Below are positions 42,761-55,420 of a stretch of DNA of 64,000 nt, in pieces. This DNA comes from the human T2T-CHM13v2.0 reference genome, Homo sapiens: NCBI RefSeq assembly GCF_009914755.1, contig NC_060938.1; one strand, written 5' to 3'. Within the stretch, counting starts at the first letter, position 1; each line of letters starts with the position of its first letter. The notes below the pieces were generated by a model. It was not told where the DNA came from and did no database searches. It saw nothing but the letters and a program-made list of their open reading frames with translations. A program made the translations under genes and the position numbers.

Positions 42761-42893
42761 TTGCAAGAAACATTCTGATTTCAGAGATGTTAAAATGCAA
42801 TATATATATGATATATAATGCAATACATATATATTATATTATATATATATGTATTGCATTTTAACATCTCTGAAATCAGAATGTGTCTTGCAA
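42761..42893. repeat. Long inverted repeat (42-bp arms, 41/42 matches, AT-rich spacer)
   Basis: Arms at 42761-42802 and 42852-42893. Confidence 0.95.
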
Positions 42894-43752
42894 CTGATAA
42901 GGATTACAATCATTACAGGCAACAAACACACAGCTGTGTATGTCCAAGTGACTGGACTGGACAAATGTAACACTTTGGACATTTCAGTCAACAAAACACT
43001 TAAGCACTATTCAAGAAAGCACATGACTCCTGGGTATTGTCTGAAGACTTTCTATCAGTAAGTTTTAGAATGATCAAACAAGAGCCAACATCAAAACTTT
43101 CAGAGTGGGTGTCAATGACTTGGAAGAAACTCTTTGGGACATTAGTAGAGGTCTTGCTCTGTTGCCCAGCCTAGAGTGCAGTGGCAAGATCATAGCTCAC
43201 TGCAACCTTGACTCCTAGGCTCAAGGGATCCTCCAACCTCAGCCTCCCAAGGAACTGGGACTGCAGGTGCACACCACCACACCCGGATAATTTTTATTTT
43301 TTTGTTTCTTGTAAAAACAAGGTCTTGCTATATTGCTCAGGCTTGGTCTTGAACTCCTGGGCTCAAGTGATCCTCCCACCTCGGCCTCCCAAAGTGTTGA
43401 GATTACAGGTGTGAGCCCCACACCCAGCTGAGAATTCTTTTAAGTAATGCTGATTTATCAATACTTTAGATGGAATAAGACACAATACTGTGATGGAAAA
43501 ATAAGGATAAAGATAGTTTGAGTTAAAATGTAACTCTGAGAAGTTAGATTCTGAAAAATGTCGGATATATAGTATTTTGCTTGTATTTCATTTTTTATAT
43601 GCACAAAAGTCTAAAAGAACTTTTTCAATACTTATGAAATAAACATTTTAAGTGATAAAGCATTATATCAACCTAATTAACAACATATTTTCTTCTGTCA
43701 TTCATAAAATAATGGTGCATTTTACAATTGAATGGTGTCTCAAACTTGATGG
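42852..43752 (+). mobile_element. Kanga/MER104-like TcMar-Tc2 transposon fossil
   Basis: cattttaacatctctgaaatcag..tg.gtctt subterminal motif; [15 protein letters not shown] resembles the pogo/Tc2 DDE motif QPLDxSVNKPFK. Confidence 0.7.
43151..43429 (-). mobile_element. AluJ lacking a poly(A) tail
   Basis: AluJ consensus, with no T-run at the 3' junction. Confidence 0.9.
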
Positions 43753-45796
43753 TCGTTGTAGCTGTAGAGAAGGGTGAGATGATTGAAAGAGCATAAAATA
43801 AGTGGAGCAGAAGATCCAGAGGAAAATCTCTAGAAACATTACCAGGTAATTTGATAATATATATCTGAACCATAAAAATATTTATACTCCTTTATCCTGT
43901 TTTGGGTAATTCATTCCAAGGAAGTCATCTAAGAGGAGAAAAGAAAATAATTATATTAGGGGATGGTGGCTTACTTCCACGGGGAAGAAGATGGGCATGG
44001 ACAGTAGTCTCAGAAGCTGGACTATGACCCTGAGTCCCAGCCCTCTACCACTGGCAAGGACACAGTGTTTGTGCCAAACTAGAGACATGGTCCATTGTTA
44101 TTCAGAATGTAGTAGCAGCTCTGGTGAGCCAACAGCTTTGGTGTCCTGGTCATCTTTTTCTGTCTCCAAAAGGGTATGCAGAGCATCCTGACTGCTCTGT
44201 GTATCTCACATTTATTCTCACTGAGAGAGAGGAGGAAACTGGATCCATTTGATACCATCTAATATGGTGCCCTGCTATTGGGCAGTCTCTTGTAGAGCCT
44301 CTGCATGGGCCTTTCTCATGGACATGGCTGCCCTTTGGCCCAGGCACAGACCCCCTGGCTCAGTAGTAGTCATAGGAATGGCAGAGTCACATGCATAGAG
44401 CATAATGACTATGAAGAAAGACTTGGCTTCTTTCCCCAGAGGCAGGCTATGGGCATGGTGGGCACTTAGAATTTAGAGATTACCCAGACTACACAATTTG
44501 GGAAGAAGGGAAAGGGTGTACTTTTTATTGTAATAAAAAAAAAAGAAAGGAATCTAAATATCTGAAAATAGTGAAATGATTATTCCATTATTTTAGCACA
44601 TTCACTCAATAGAATTGTATGCACATTTAAAGGGGACAATTCTGATTAACAAGAATAACAAGTAGCAAAATGGAAAAAGGAGACTATAATATTGAACATA
44701 GCTATGACTGAAATTTCATAAAAATATACATTATATGGAAAATTATAATAGTGAAGCAAATGGGATTATGAGTGACTATTTTCTCTATAGTTTGAATTTT
44801 GTGCAACATTTTTACATTATTTGATAATCATGATAGAGGTAGGAGAAAACATGATTTTAACAATTGTAGTTTATGAAATAAAGCCATCAATCCAACTTCC
44901 TAAAAGATGGACAATCTAGAGTTGCAAATTGCTAAACTATGAAATAATTAATAGAAACTATAGACAAGTGACCAATAAAAAGGTCTGACCTAAGTAAGTG
45001 GTGCTTTGAAATGGACTCAAAAAGACCCAGGCAGAATAATTCATTTCCCCTCATGTTTCTTTCATTAAAAGTAAATTTGTTTCCAGTGCAATCGTTCTTG
45101 CAAAAACCAAAATAGATTTTAATATCACTAATACTTTAAAACATCTTGACTTCTTCAAAGATCTCAAAGGATTTTCACACATAGTGAGCTTCTCTACCCT
45201 GGCGATTGGGTATAATTATCAGTCCCATTTTATGGAGGAGAAATTCGCAAAGACCTGTCTAAGATCTAGCATTGCTGAATAATAATTTTCCAGCTAGCAA
45301 AAGCTTATCAAGTTTTTTCAATAACTTTCCAGCTAGCTAAAGCTTAGATATCAAGTATCCCTGTATTTCTACATTTACCATTACTCTCTTTCATCAATGC
45401 ATTAAAATTTTCTCTGCCTTCTTAAACAGGATATATTCAACATAATTTCACTTTTAAAATGGAGGGTTCTAGTTATTAAAATAAATATCAATAATTATAT
45501 GCTAACTTACTTTATTACTTCATAGATTATTTAAATTTCTAATTATTGGTATGGAAAAATGGCCCCAGATACGATTTTTGCCTTTTGCATTGCTGAATCA
45601 TTATTCCTGAATTTATGTATCAGGGTGTGTGTGTGGTGTGTGTGTGTTTGTGTGTATGAAACTATATACCCACTTCATCCATGTGGTCATAATGGAAAAA
45701 GCCGTAATTGGGAAATATGATCTGCTCCCACATAGGACCATAAATGTTTGGTACAGGAGTGGGCACATGACTGAAGATGTGCACGCATGAGCGCTC

Positions 45797-45960
45797 ACAG
45801 ACACACACACGCATACACACTCACACACACACACACTCACACACTCTCACACACACTCGCATACACACACACTCGCATACACACACACAGTCGCATACGC
45901 ACTCACCCACACACACACTGTCTCACACACACACACTCAATCACACACCCACTCACACTC
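45797..45960 (+). repeat. Imperfect (CA)n tract; complementary (TG)n at 45625-45655
   Basis: Seen directly. Confidence 0.9.
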
Positions 45961-46289
45961 ATATGCCATCCAGGCTCAGCAAGCCTGCCTTTCTTACCAC
46001 TCCTCTTTAATTCTACTTCTGATTTGCCTTGGACATAGAGCCTAATAAGCAAGTTGTGTAAAATAAGAGTTTAAAACTTTTGTGCTAGGTACTTTTCTAT
46101 ATACAATTCTATATGCAAAATTATAAGCTTTGATATATGGCTATTCAGAGACTCTTTCATGGAGTGTTAAGATTGTTGGATAAAGAAGCCCCAATTAAAG
46201 GAAGGTTGAGAGATAGCTACGTGCTAGGCAAGGACATGATTATATTTGTGCTCCACTCCATAATTTCTGGAAAAGCTCCCTCATTTTAT

Positions 46290-46800
46290 CTGGAATTGTT
46301 CACCCCCTCTATTCATATGATTATAATTGGAAAAGCCATGGTTGGGCAATGTGATCCCCTCTTCCCATAGGGTCATAGAGGTTTGGTACAGGAGTGGGCA
46401 CATGACTGGCATTCAGTTTCTTCCCTGGACATTTGAAATAGGAAGGGAGGGAGGGAAGAAGAAGGAGAGATCATTCTCTTTCCAAACGGCCAGACCTGTC
46501 AAATGACAATTCTGAGAGCTGTAGGTCATATTTCTGTCATGTGAACTTCAAGGCAGAAAAGGCAATAAGAGAGGATGGAGCAGACGCACAGAGATGAGAA
46601 ATAAGGAGAAGCCTGACAGCCCCCGAGAGTCTGGGTCTAGTCCCTTCAGGAGGCCCAGCTAAATCTTTGCCCTTGGATTCCATGAGATACCCATGCATTC
46701 TGAGGGTGATATTCAAAATAGTTAATATGAAACTGGGGGAGAAAATTAGAACAGACAGGGCCAGACACCTGGTACATGGTTCTAGAAGTCCACTGCCATT
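46290..46800 (+). mobile_element. Old ERVL/MaLR LTR (MLT1K/LTR16-like)
   Basis: ggagtgggcacatgact, ttcttccctggacattt, cctgacagc...ctgggtctagtccc motifs. Confidence 0.45.
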
Positions 46801-48084
46801 CCACACGTTCCCTCTTTTGCCATGAAGTACAGAGAGCCTGAGAAATCCCCAAGTGGCTGAGGCAGACAGGAGGCATTTGGGGGTGTCAGAGTAATAGGAA
46901 CAGAGGTATTTTACAATGTAAACAACCAGTATCCCCAAGCAAGTGCAACCGGCTATCAGCCCTGTCTGTATTCTTACAAGAAATGCTGCTAAGCTAGTTT
47001 TAGTGGTTTCTGATACAATTTTAAGAGTCCTAAAGAATATGATTTGTGCTGTGTCATGGTTTGCCATCTATTTTGCTGACCAAATTTGATGGTAACCTCA
47101 TAAAGCCTCGGGAGCTGGAACAAACCTTGAAATAATTGTCTAGTTTCCTAACCAAATTTATTCTTCATCCTAATAATTTATTGCAAGGTAGAAAAAAAAC
47201 TGTGTCTTGTAATTCAATATAAGCATCAGAAATACAACTTACAAATTAACTTTTTCTTATTACAATGTAATATATGTTCATTGTAGAAAAAAGTTAAAAA
47301 TATAGGTGAAGAAAGCAAAAAATTTAACACTCACTTATTCAACCACCAGTTAAGGAATAAAAATCACTACTAACTCCTTTGTATATATCCTGATTTCATG
47401 TATTTATATAATTCCTAGTTTTTGAAAGAATAATTTTACATGGGAACCATATTTTACTTAATGTATTATGATCTTTCTTTCTACAAAATCCAGGTTATTT
47501 AAAAAAATCTCTAGTCCTATATTTCATTTCTTGGATGCTCAGGCATTAGAGGGAACAAGGAGGACAGAGCTTCAGTGTTATTTGAGGTGCAAGGTTTATG
47601 TAGCTCTTTACTCCTTGCTCACAGTCCAGATCTCATGAGAAAAGGCTGAAAAGGTTGACCTTATTTCCCGGCAGAATTACTCATGTTACCACTTTTACTT
47701 AGGATGCTACTTAGCTAGTTGTGTCTGACTATCTGAGAAAGGATGAATTTACACATTCAGCAGCAGACACACTGAAATCAACAAAGTCCATTATTTAATC
47801 TCCAACATTAGCTTCTCATTGCAGAATGAGGGGAAGACGAATGAGTTATGGAACTTCCTATATCACTTAGCTTCCTTCACTTTTATCCATTGGGAAGTAA
47901 AGTTTTTTCAGTAAGAAAAGCAGTTTGCATTTAATCACCAAGACATATATCCAGAGTATTGTGAAAGTGATACAAATTGCTGGTGTTACAGAGGATGTGC
48001 CAGGTCAAAGGAAGTGGCAGAATGGAGAAGAAATGGAGATGCCTGAGGATTCCAATGGAGAGGTCACAGACAAAGAGTCACAGT

Positions 48085-49050
<966 letters not shown>

Positions 49051-49535
49051 AAACAAGAGAGGAAGTTATACTTCCACAAGTCCATTTCACCTTCCTCAAC
49101 TTCTCTGGCTGACATCAAGCCCGTTGTACCAAGATACCAGTCTAGAAATAGTAGTGTGGTCTTTCTGTACAATGTTCAACTGTGAGTCAGGGCTTTAAAA
49201 CAAAGCCCAGATGATAGACCAATATAGCAAACCAAATTTAGTCCTTGTTAAAAAATACCACAAATGGAAATGTTAGCTTTAGGGCCTCATGAGCTATTGC
49301 AACATAGTTAAAATTACTATAGATATGAGATCCGTCAAATGGATCAAACATTTGCCAGTCCCTGATTTGAGTTAAAGTCTTCCAAAGATCATAAGAGAAT
49401 ACAAGAGTAGTTTTTTAAGGCCTCAGAAAACAAAAAAAAAAAAAAAAAAGGAAGGAAGAAAGGAATGAACAAGAGAAGGAAAGACAAACGAAGATGTTCA
49501 CTAAACAAATAAGTTCACCAAAGGGCTCAAATGCA

Positions 49536-49562
49536 TTCTTCTTCTTCTTCTTCTTCTTCTTC
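49536..49562 (+). repeat. (TTC)9 / (GAA)9 triplet repeat
   Basis: Seen directly. Confidence 0.9.
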
Positions 49563-50189
49563 TTTTTTTCTGCTTGCCTTGCCTTGTCTTTCTAAAAGAA
49601 TTGAATGGTCCTGGTGTTCAGGGCCCATGGGCCCCCTTTTGAGTTCTTCCATGGCATTTATACGGCCCTGTGAGAGTGAATTCTAATGACCTAAGGCCCT
49701 GCATAATCCAGCTTGTGCTCACAACTTGCTTCATCTCATTCCACAGCTGCCTGTGCACACCCCGTTCCCACACACCGGCTCCTTCCATTCCTCACATCTG
49801 CCAGGATCCCCTGACCTCAGGGCCTCTTACCATACTGGTCCCTCTGCCTGAATGCTCTTCCATACTCTTTTCATGGTTCCCTTGTTTTCATCCTTTAGGT
49901 CTTAGCTTAAATGTCATCTGTCAGAGAGGCCCTCCCTCACCACTGCATATGAATTAAGTAGGTTCCCGTGACAGTCTCTCATCTCATCCAATCAGTTTAC
50001 TTCATAGTATTTATTGCAACAACATTCCACAAATAATTATGCAGTCCCTGCTTATGCACTTGGGTACTGTTTTAGGTGCTGGGGATACAGCAGTGTACAA
50101 AACAATTCAATCCGATTTGTTGTTTCTTGCTTCTTCGTTGTCTTCCCCATGAATCTAGAACTTCTTTGTAAGCAGGCACTGGCTGCAAG

Positions 50190-50430
50190 GGGAGACAGCA
50201 TGGTGAAGTAATCTTGAGCAACAACTCCAAGCCAGAGCCTTGGTTAGAATCCTGGCTCTTATTACTTGGCCAAATGAATTAATTGCTCTGAACCTCAGTT
50301 TCCCCATCTGTAAAACAGGCATAGTGACAGTACCTTCTTCTTGGGGTTCTTATGAGGACTGCACAAGTTAGCATGGTTTAGTCACTTGGAATAATGCTTG
50401 GCAAATAGTAATCCCTATAAATATGTTTGT
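50190..50430. mobile_element. MIR within an L2 fossil (~49690-50500)
   Basis: ctctgaacctcagtttccccatctgtaaaa core. Confidence 0.75.
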
Positions 50431-51313
50431 TAAAGTTTTTTGATTGTTGGACCAATACAGTACCTAACAAATAGTTGGTTTTTAGTTAAATGAATTAATA
50501 AATTGTGGTGCCTGCAGTTAAGCCTACATTTATAAGCAAGCCAAACAAGAAGACAGAGCAGATCAGCAAGAATAAAAGGCTCCCTTTCCTCTTGGAACTA
50601 TTTATTGGAAGAAAGCCTTTGGTTTTATAGATAGAATGTGACATTTTTGGTCAACTCCAAAGAAGTGGCAGGATTTTCTTTGGAATTTGCTGGAAATATT
50701 GTGGTTGTTTTCTACTGAAAGAGGTTCTGGGGCTTTCCAGGGAGGAAGGGCTGTCAGCTCCAGCTGAGTCTGTCATCTGGCTTCCACTGTCACATGAAAG
50801 AAACTATCTGTCTCCAGGAGTTGGTGGAAGAATCACAAAGACACTTCCGTACTTATCCTCGATTTCTCCTGTCCTCTTCTCATTGCATACATCTACAATT
50901 TCTAATTTGATATATTTGTCCACTAGAAAATCAAGGTTGAGTTGTGAAGGAGCTAAATGCAAACTATTCTGATGGCATTCCCAGTAGCTCCTTCCAGTGA
51001 ACGTTAGCTATCACATGTATGAAACGCAGCGCGTCAGCACCTGAATGTTCTGTATGTGCAAACTGCCAGGAAAGACAAAATCAAATAGAAGAATGATGAT
51101 TCAAGTAATCAAAGCCATTGGGAGCCATTGGCAGGTATTTACCAGGATCCTACTAAGCTCTGGCATTTTTGAAGATGCCATGGGAAAGACCAAAAATACA
51201 AGAAAACGACACATTTTGCCACAGATTTGCCTTTAAGAAGTCAATAGTCTGTTTGGCTCAAAATTTTCATACATCAAAATGGGGGAAGTTTTATAAAGAC
51301 GTATATATATATG

Positions 51314-51846
51314 TGTGATAGGCAGAATAATTCCCTCCCCAACTCCGTCCCCGCAAAGATGCCCACATCCTAGTTCCAGGAACTGTGAATATGTTAGGTT
51401 ACATGGCAAAGGGGAAATTAAAGTTGCAAATGCAGTTAAAATTGCTACATCCATTGACCTTAACATGAGGAGATTATCTTGGATTATCCAGTGAGCCCAC
51501 TCTAATCACAAGAATCCTTAAAAGTGGAAGAGCGAGGCAGAGGAAGAGAGCTAGAGAAAGAGATACGACTAACGACTATGGGAGTGGGATAAAGAGGTTA
51601 TATTGCTGGCTTTGACGATGGAGGAAGGGGACCTCAGCAAAGGAGGGCAGGCCACCTCCAAAAGGCGGAAAAGGAAAGGAAACAGATTCTTCTTTAGAGC
51701 TTCCAGAGGGAACTCATCCATCCTGCCATCTGGATTTTAGCCCTGTTCAACTTCTGACCTGCAGAACTGCAAGATAATAAATTTGTGTTGTTTTGAGCTA
51801 CAAAGTTTGTGACAATTTGTTAAAGCAGCAATAAAAAACTAATACA
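51314..51846 (+). mobile_element. MLT1D MaLR LTR
   Basis: tgtgataggcagaataatt...gaatatgttaggttacatggcaaagggg...aaaaactaataca. Confidence 0.88.
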
Positions 51847-53593
51847 ACATATCATAAAATCCTAAATTGAGTAGTATGAGAAAATAAATTAGGAAGCAGA
51901 AAGAGAGCAATGCTGGCTATAGTTAAAGAAAATGACAGAGTGAGTGCGGTTTGAGATTGCTGTTTTCACAGCTTGTAGGACAAATGTGGAAAGACAAAAG
52001 CTGAGAAAGGATATGTATCAAATCCACAATATCATGAAGGGAGCAGAGATTTTTTTTTTTTTTTTTTTTTTTTTTGCTAAACCCCAGATTATCAGAATCA
52101 GGAAGCACCTCTCTGAAACTTGAAAGAGGGAGCTTTAGGATGATGGAGAGGAGGGAAACAGAAAGGAAGAGAGTGGGGAAGAAGGAAGCAAGGAAAGAAA
52201 AAAAAGAGAGAGACGGGAGGAAGGAACTGCTTTATGCAATTTAAGACCTTTTTATCCTTTAACAGAACAGAAGCTGAAAATATTAAAAGCTTTAAACTTT
52301 TCAGATAAATGTAGGGATGCCAGATCCAAAATGAGTTCTGGGAAACCAAAATGTTTGGGGTGAAAATCAATCCTTTGTTGGATAATTTGCTCTCCCCTGG
52401 CCTGAGACACTAAATCCTGTCAGAGACAGACCTAGCTTTGAGCGACTTAGAGCTGACACAGTACGGCCATTTTTGTTCTTATCTCTGGTTCAAGGATTCC
52501 TTGGAAAATAACAAAGTTGGCTTAAGTGTTCCTCTGCCTCCAATCTATAATGCGCCTGTTTTTCTGGTCTAAAAAAAGCAATCAAGAAAGGTCCTCATGC
52601 ACTCTTTTAGGGATGAAATTGAAACCTGAGGTCTTGACCAGCTCAGAGCTTCTTTCATGACTGTGGGGGTGTTAGTCACAGTTGTTCTCTTGCTGCACAG
52701 ATATGTAATTATTCTTCTATAGAAACTCTTTCCCCCTCAGACTATATTCTCTGCTTCCTACTGGAGTGCCTTCCTCTGAGCTATTGAACAGCATTCTACT
52801 CTTCAGGATGCTACAAAATAATGGGAGGTGAAGTGATGCCTGTGGAACTTGCCAGGCCTCACTGGTTGTTGCATCCTGCAGCACAACCCACATTTGCACA
52901 GATGGAATACGTGGGCTCAGTTTGGATGTGTTGCAGGAGAAAACTGACCCTGCCAGCCCATGAAGCTGGACACTTGGGCGTTGAGGAAGGAAGCATTGGT
53001 GGGGGCATTACTGCAACTGTTTTCACAGTTATGGGACGAAACCCAGAGGCCAGATGCTCAGCATTACTCACCCTTGGAGTCTCCTGTGCTGACATGTGAT
53101 AATCTCCTAAAAGCCTGTGAGTCCAGTTAACCAGTAAGGTTTGGGAACTGGATATGGTGGACACCTTCTGATCCATAGTTTGACTAGACTCAAAAAAAAA
53201 AAAAAAAGGAGAACTTAACCTACCAATCTCATCCATTTGCTTTCCCATGGAAATGGTCACAGTGACTATAAAATCAGCTGTAATTCATTTTTAAAGCCAA
53301 GTAAGTACCTGTCATGTTTCCTTTTAAAATGATGGACTTAAAAATGTTTTAGGTTCCCAGCAGTTGTTCAAAAGCAGATAGGAACTATAACTGATACACA
53401 TAGACTGCTAAAATAAAACCATTTTAACCATTAGATAAGGCAGGTCTGCCTCTTTTCACTTAAAGATGTCACTGGACATTTATAAAATTTGGGAAGTGGA
53501 GGGCTTCTTTGACCAACATTATTGACCGTCACTCTTACAGGAAGTAACCTTATTAACACCAAAGGAAAACCTTGGAGCTAGTTCAGTACGTAC

Positions 53594-53896
53594 TTTATTT
53601 TATTCTATTTTTTTTGAGACAGAGTCTTGCTCTGTCACCCAGGTGGGAGTGCAAGTGGCACAATCTCAGTTCACTGTAGCCTCCACCTCCCAGGTTCAAG
53701 TGATTCTCGTGCCTCAGCCTCCCTGGTAGCTGGAATTACAGGCACAAGCCACCACGCCCAGATAATTTTTGTATTTTTAGTAGAGGTGGGGTTTCTCCAT
53801 GTTGCCCAGGCTGGTCTCAGACTCTTGACCTCAGGTGATCTGCCTGCTGGCCTCCCAAAGTGCTGGGATTACAGGCATGCGCCACCATACCCAGCC
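53594..53896 (-). mobile_element. AluS
   Basis: Dimeric Alu consensus. Confidence 0.93.
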
Positions 53897-55019
53897 TAGC
53901 AGGCATTTTAAATGGACTGTGTTATCAATTGAAGGCCAAAAGAGCAGTCGGAAACAAATGACCTTAAAGTGAATTTTCTGCTGTTGAAAAAAAAAGCCTT
54001 AGGAATTAGCATCTCTGCCCTGCTATTCCATTGATAGGGATTTCCACCGATATTCAAAGAACTTTGCTTTTTTATCCCTGCCACAATGTTTATTTCTATA
54101 TCAACCACCAATATATTAGGCAATTTTGTGCATAAGGTCTTTCCTAAAGCTCGGCTCAGTTCTATTAACCTTTATGCAGTAATTTATAGCTAAGGTCTAA
54201 ATGGCACTGGTGCATGTAAATAGTGTCTGTGGGCTCTGCCGTCATGAGGAAAGCACTGTGCTTAAGTGGCTCCAACACATTTGCTCAGAAAATTGTGGAA
54301 GGAACTGCTGCGATCTCTGTAGGAAATTATTTAGTGAAATTCTACAGAAGATTAATGTTGCCTTGTAACAGACTCTTTGTTGTGTTGAGTCTACAAGTTT
54401 CAGTGTGGAATCTAAGGCTTTTTTCTTTTCTTTTCTTTTCTTTTTCTTAACATCAGTCTCTGAGCTGCATCTAAAAAGAAGAAATTTTGGAAAACAGAAA
54501 TCTGAGGGGCTTTCAAATTTCCTTGTGATTTGTCAGCAAGGATGAGTGAATTTGAGAACTCTTTCTACATTTTAATAGTGAATGCGCAGAAAGTAGAGAT
54601 CCCCTTGGCCAAGTTGATGCCATGGAACAGATTCTTCAAACTTCCTTACAACCTTCCTTTTACCTTTCTCATCCAAAAGCAGTCTCTGTCTCTGACCACT
54701 CTGCAGACCTGACTATGCAGACTTATGGAGACCCTACGATATTCACCTGGCCCAGTGAATCCACTGTTCAAAGGTCTTCAGTACAGCCAACAAGAGCTAG
54801 AAGGTCAGTGTGGTCAGAGCATGGCAAATGGGGTAGGGAAGTGGAAGATCAGGCTAAACCCCACCCTTGGAAGGGCTTAGGAAGAAAGAGTTGGGTCATC
54901 TCAGCTTGTCCCCAGAGCAGCCAACATTCCGAACCAGTGGCCCTTTTGGGGGGTCTCAACCTGGGTGTGCCCTGAACCCTGCCAGACCTGCATTCCTGGG
55001 ACCTGGCTAGACAACACTG

Positions 55020-55420
55020 TTCCAAAGTATAAGTGATGTACAGTCAATGAGGAGCATCAACACCGAATACAGTGTGTGGACCTGGCTTGAATCCTCATTT
55101 GAATAAACCAACTTTAAGTAGACATTCTTGGGACATTGAGGCAACAGGATTCAGACTAAGCAAAGATGAAATAAAGAAATTACTGTTAATTTGTAGGTTA
55201 AAATGGTGTTGTAATTGAGTAAGGAAAGTTCATCATTTTCTGAGTTTTTAAGAGTGAAATGTCATGATATCTATGATTCAAATTAAGTTAATTCAGCAAA
55301 ATGTACAGGAGACACGGCAAAATGTTACTAATTGTTCTGCTAGGTGATATGTGTGTGGAAGTTATACTATTATTTTTACATTGTTTGGAAATACTCATAA
55401 TAAAAAGTTTAGAACATAAA
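55020..55420 (+). mobile_element. Old L1ME/MC 3' end
   Basis: aatacagtgtgtggacctggcttgaatcct...gagtgaaatgtcatgatatct...ctcataataaaaagtt. Confidence 0.6.

Noticed and set aside
45281-45356. ~35-bp tandem duplication (aataa.tttccagctagc.aaagctta)
   Set aside because: Ordinary slippage duplication with no functional hint.
46537-47067. 176-aa minus-strand ORF
   Set aside because: Overlaps a degenerate LTR; no recognisable homology or splice support.
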